Assembly (NCBI GenBank): GCA_944381195.1
Contig: CALWKH010000002.1
Span: 1-36,420 of the forward strand
DNA: 36,420 nucleotides
From: an uncultured Clostridia bacterium
GTDB taxonomy: Bacteria; Bacillota; Clostridia; Christensenellales; UBA1242
Direction of reading: 5' to 3'
The notes under the pieces are model-generated. The model ran no database searches. It was not told the origin of the DNA and worked only from the letters and a program-made list of their open reading frames with translations. The translations under genes were made by a program, and so were the position numbers. Shown piece by piece: positions 34,138 to 36,420 of this stretch. Positions within the stretch are counted from its first letter, which is position 1. Each line of letters starts with the position of its first letter.

Positions 34138-34152
34138 GTGGGTGGAACCCAC
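34138..34152. repeat. Short hairpin unit (GTGGGT-GGA-ACCCAC) following copy G
   Basis: It holds the same position relative to G as GTGGGCagag... (6243) holds relative to B. Confidence 0.6.
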
Positions 34153-34231
34153 ATAAAAAATTAAATTTATTTATAAATATAAAAAATTTTAAAAAAAATT
34201 AAAAAATTTTTGAAAAACTTATTAAAATCGT

Positions 34232-34261
34232 TTGACAAACTTGGTTTTCATATATTATAAT
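34232..34261 (+). promoter_or_regulatory. Sigma-A-type promoter of the candidate sRNA
   Basis: TTGACA (34232-34237), 18-nt spacer, TATAAT (34256-34261). Confidence 0.65.
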
Positions 34262-34267
34262 AATGAA

Positions 34268-34352
34268 TGCACAATGCGAGGTGCTTTTGCACTTCACTGG
34301 CTTGCCAGCATGCCTTGTGCGTTTGAGGGAAGATTTCTTTCCTCTTTTTTTT
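34268..34352 (+). ncRNA. Candidate stand-alone small RNA of about 85 nt: three-way junction plus strong intrinsic terminator
   Basis: The consensus promoter lies immediately upstream. P1 pairs GAATGCACAA (34265-34274) with TTGTGCGTTT (34315-34324). P2 is AGGTGC-TTTT-GCACTT (34279-34294). P3 is CTGGC-TT-GCCAG (34297-34308). The terminator is GAGGGAAG-ATTT-CTTTCCTC (34325-34344) plus T8 (34345-34352). No plus-strand gene follows, because the next gene converges. Confidence 0.55.
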
Positions 34353-34523
34353 GTTCATTTTCTAAAAAGTTAAAGTAATTATAAACATTTAACATTATGG
34401 TGTGCAGTTCATTATTTATTGCTTTGTTTTTATGTTTTAGTTTGCCCCATAATTTTAGACGCTTACAAAAGTAGATTTTAAAAAATTTTATGCTTGTCTA
34501 ACATTGACTTTAATTTGAAAAAC

Positions 34524-34593
34524 AAAAAACTTTATCAGTTTTAAGTGATTTTAAATTTTGTGCTATATCACTTTTTATTTGATAAAGTTTTTT
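34524..34593 (-). terminator. Long imperfect hairpin downstream of the 594-aa CDS (probable terminator)
   Basis: AAAAAACTTTATCA (34524-34537) is the exact complement of TGATAAAGTTTTTT (34580-34593). It encloses a second inverted repeat AAGTGAT/ATCACTT. The outer A/T runs give U-tracts on either strand. Confidence 0.45.
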
Positions 34594-34614
34594 GATTGTA
34601 AATTTAAAAATGGT

Positions 34615-36399
34615 TTAAGATATAGAAACCTCGCTGTCTTTCGAATTGATTGATTTAATTTTTTTGGTTTCTTTTTGTTTTTCAAAGTGATTGATAATAT
34701 CTTCTTGTTCGGTGCTTTCATTTTGATTTTCTGCTGGTGACATTTGCCCGTTTTGGTCTGTCACTATTTCACTTTTAAGAACATCATCATTAAGGCTGAT
34801 GCTTTTATCAAGAATGATGCTTTGGATTGGCACATCTTGTGCCCTTGCAATGTTGATGATAACTCGGGTCTGTTCTTTGGTGAGAGTGAAGTGTCCTGTT
34901 ATGCTGTCTGTAAGAGAGGACAAAAACTCTTGAGGGCTGTCATAGTCTCTATCTTCAAACTTTTTGCCGATGTCAACCTTGATTTCTTTTCCTTTTTCAC
35001 CTGACACGGAATGCAAAATAACCGAATTGTCCGTTTGAATAAAACGCACCTTTGCTGTAACCAAGGCGTTGTCAAGCCAAGTTTTGTCATCAGTCGGGGT
35101 GCTTTCTTGCGCAAACTCTTCATATGTTCCGTCAGGCAGAAGAATGCACCTTGAAAGGTTTTCACTTTTTATAAGATTATATTCGGCAGTTCCAACATCA
35201 AGGTATTTATTGTCTTCAACAAAAGGTATAATCTCATCTGCCATGCCTTTTTTTGTTTTGAAAACAACTTTTGCTGTGCTTCCCAAATTTGTAAACACAG
35301 AATTTTTTGGGAAAACAATTCCGCGATAATGCGATTTTCTTATTCTACTCACAACATCGTCAAAACTTTCTGTTTTGCCGTTTAAAAGTTCTTTTTCACT
35401 TGTGTTACTGTATTTCACAACATCGTCAAACGAAACGCCTTTTTCCTTGTATTCATGCCAAAGTTTTTCATCTTCTTTTTCAAATGCAGTCTTTTTTGCG
35501 TTTTCAATCTCTGGCTGTAAAAATGTTTTGATGTCCTCAGCGTCGGGCAGGGGGATAAACCTGTTTTGTGCGTGTTGCTTTTTTGAACCTGTTACGCCAA
35601 GTGCAAGTGCAAGCGCCATGATGCGAGAAATGGTTTCAGCACGAGGGTTGTCATTCATCCAATCGGTTGTGCGCAAAAGATATTCAAGGTTGCCATGCTC
35701 AAAAAGTGCAGGTGTTGTCAGCCTGCTTTTGACACCAAGCACGCTGTCTGTGAAAAGATTGAGGGTGTTTTTATATGCTTTTAACTCACCAACGCCGACA
35801 TAGTGTTGGGGGTCATCCTGAAAAAAATCTTTTTTGTAGGAAAAGTCAAATATTTCGTCATTAAGTGATTTCACAAAAAAACTGGTGTAAAGATTGTTCG
35901 ACTTGTCAAAAGGTGCATAGCCAATCACAAAAATTTGTTTGAGTGCTGTTCTGATTTCGTCCTCTTGATATCCAAGGTCATGTTGCATGGTGTCTGCAAG
36001 GTGAGTGATTGTTTCGTTTACAACATCTTGCCCATAGCAGTGAATAAGAATGTTTATGTCTCTTAAATTCTCGCACGCCTTTTTAACTGGCAAACGCTCG
36101 CCGTTTTTGTCTGTTACTCGTGGGATAAAAACTTTTTTTGCAAGTTCTTCAATCTCTTTTTTGTTCATTCGTCCAACAATGGTGTGCTCACTTGCACCAT
36201 AGCGCACCGAAAAGGTGTCGATGTATTCATCTTCTTCTTTCACTCCAAGAAGCCTAAAAGACATCTTCGCCAAAAAGTTTGCAAACTGATTGCTGGTTGT
36301 TCCATCTCCGCCAAAGCAAAGAAGAATTGGTTTGTCAGTTGGAATGTCACTTAGCTCGACATTTTCCCAGCCAAATTTGTTTTTTTCTGTTTTTGGCAC
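34615..36399 (-). CDS. Hypothetical cytoplasmic protein (at least 594 aa), family not recognised; N-terminal part possibly alpha/beta-hydrolase-like
   Basis: Long ORF with ordinary composition. The first in-frame start is GTG at 36399, but the frame stays open to the window edge (36420), so the true start may lie outside the window. PILLCFGGDGTTS and ILIHCYGQD are placed like the oxyanion-loop strand and nucleophile elbow of alpha/beta hydrolases. That reading is speculative. Confidence 0.75.
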   Translation of the reverse strand: MPKTEKNKFGWENVELSDIPTDKPILLCFGGDGTTSNQFANFLAKMSFRLLGVKEEDEYIDTFSVRYGASEHTIVGRMNKKEIEELAKKVFIPRVTDKNGERLPVKKACENLRDINILIHCYGQDVVNETITHLADTMQHDLGYQEDEIRTALKQIFVIGYAPFDKSNNLYTSFFVKSLNDEIFDFSYKKDFFQDDPQHYVGVGELKAYKNTLNLFTDSVLGVKSRLTTPALFEHGNLEYLLRTTDWMNDNPRAETISRIMALALALGVTGSKKQHAQNRFIPLPDAEDIKTFLQPEIENAKKTAFEKEDEKLWHEYKEKGVSFDDVVKYSNTSEKELLNGKTESFDDVVSRIRKSHYRGIVFPKNSVFTNLGSTAKVVFKTKKGMADEIIPFVEDNKYLDVGTAEYNLIKSENLSRCILLPDGTYEEFAQESTPTDDKTWLDNALVTAKVRFIQTDNSVILHSVSGEKGKEIKVDIGKKFEDRDYDSPQEFLSSLTDSITGHFTLTKEQTRVIINIARAQDVPIQSIILDKSISLNDDVLKSEIVTDQNGQMSPAENQNESTEQEDIINHFEKQKETKKIKSINSKDSEVSIS

Positions 36400-36420
36400 T
36401 CGTTTTCCAAAACCCCATTT

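Noticed and set aside
34263-34373. 36-codon ORF (MNAQCEVLLHFTGLPACLVRLREDFFPLFFVHFLKS) beginning just after the -10 of the sRNA promoter.
   Set aside because: The strong terminator (34325-34352) lies inside the ORF, so a full-length mRNA is unlikely. There is no SD. The region is better explained as a structured RNA.

Overview
AT-rich chromosomal window, with extremely AT-rich spacers, from a Firmicute of the endospore-forming lineage. Recognisable genes are spo0A, a YyaC-like spore protease, alpha2-type glyQS, polA and cvpA. Half of the window is one uninterrupted 18,117-nt ORF (7013-25129). It encodes a 6,038-aa protein with a lipoprotein signal peptide, about 1,090 aa of Ig-like domains, and seven concatenated GLUG-type beta-helix cassettes. 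Almost every gene looks monocistronic, with a readable sigma-A-type promoter and an intrinsic terminator. About one third of the sequence outside the giant gene is non-coding. The long spacers hold three kinds of signal. First, a structured 65-75-nt repeat family with at least six full copies plus short GTGGG-N3-CCCAC hairpins, in three clusters (about 6.0-6.4 kb, 27.16-27.47 kb and 33.9-34.15 kb). These include a MITE-like inverted pair and a roughly 245-bp composite duplicated between two loci. Second, two candidate stand-alone small RNAs (34268-34352 well supported, about 30704-30785 weaker). Third, several phased direct repeats upstream of polA, upstream of spo0A, and between two convergent genes. 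Orphan proteins worth follow-up are a duplicated zinc-ribbon protein with a roughly 100-aa poly-Asp/Glu tail just downstream of spo0A, a 594-aa cytoplasmic orphan, an HExxH orphan, a 293-aa orphan with an apparently leaderless mRNA, and two 4-TM proteins with long disordered tails. I saw no rRNA or tRNA genes, CRISPR array, transposase, integrase or recognisable defence genes. All family assignments come from motif recognition by eye and need HMM or BLAST confirmation.
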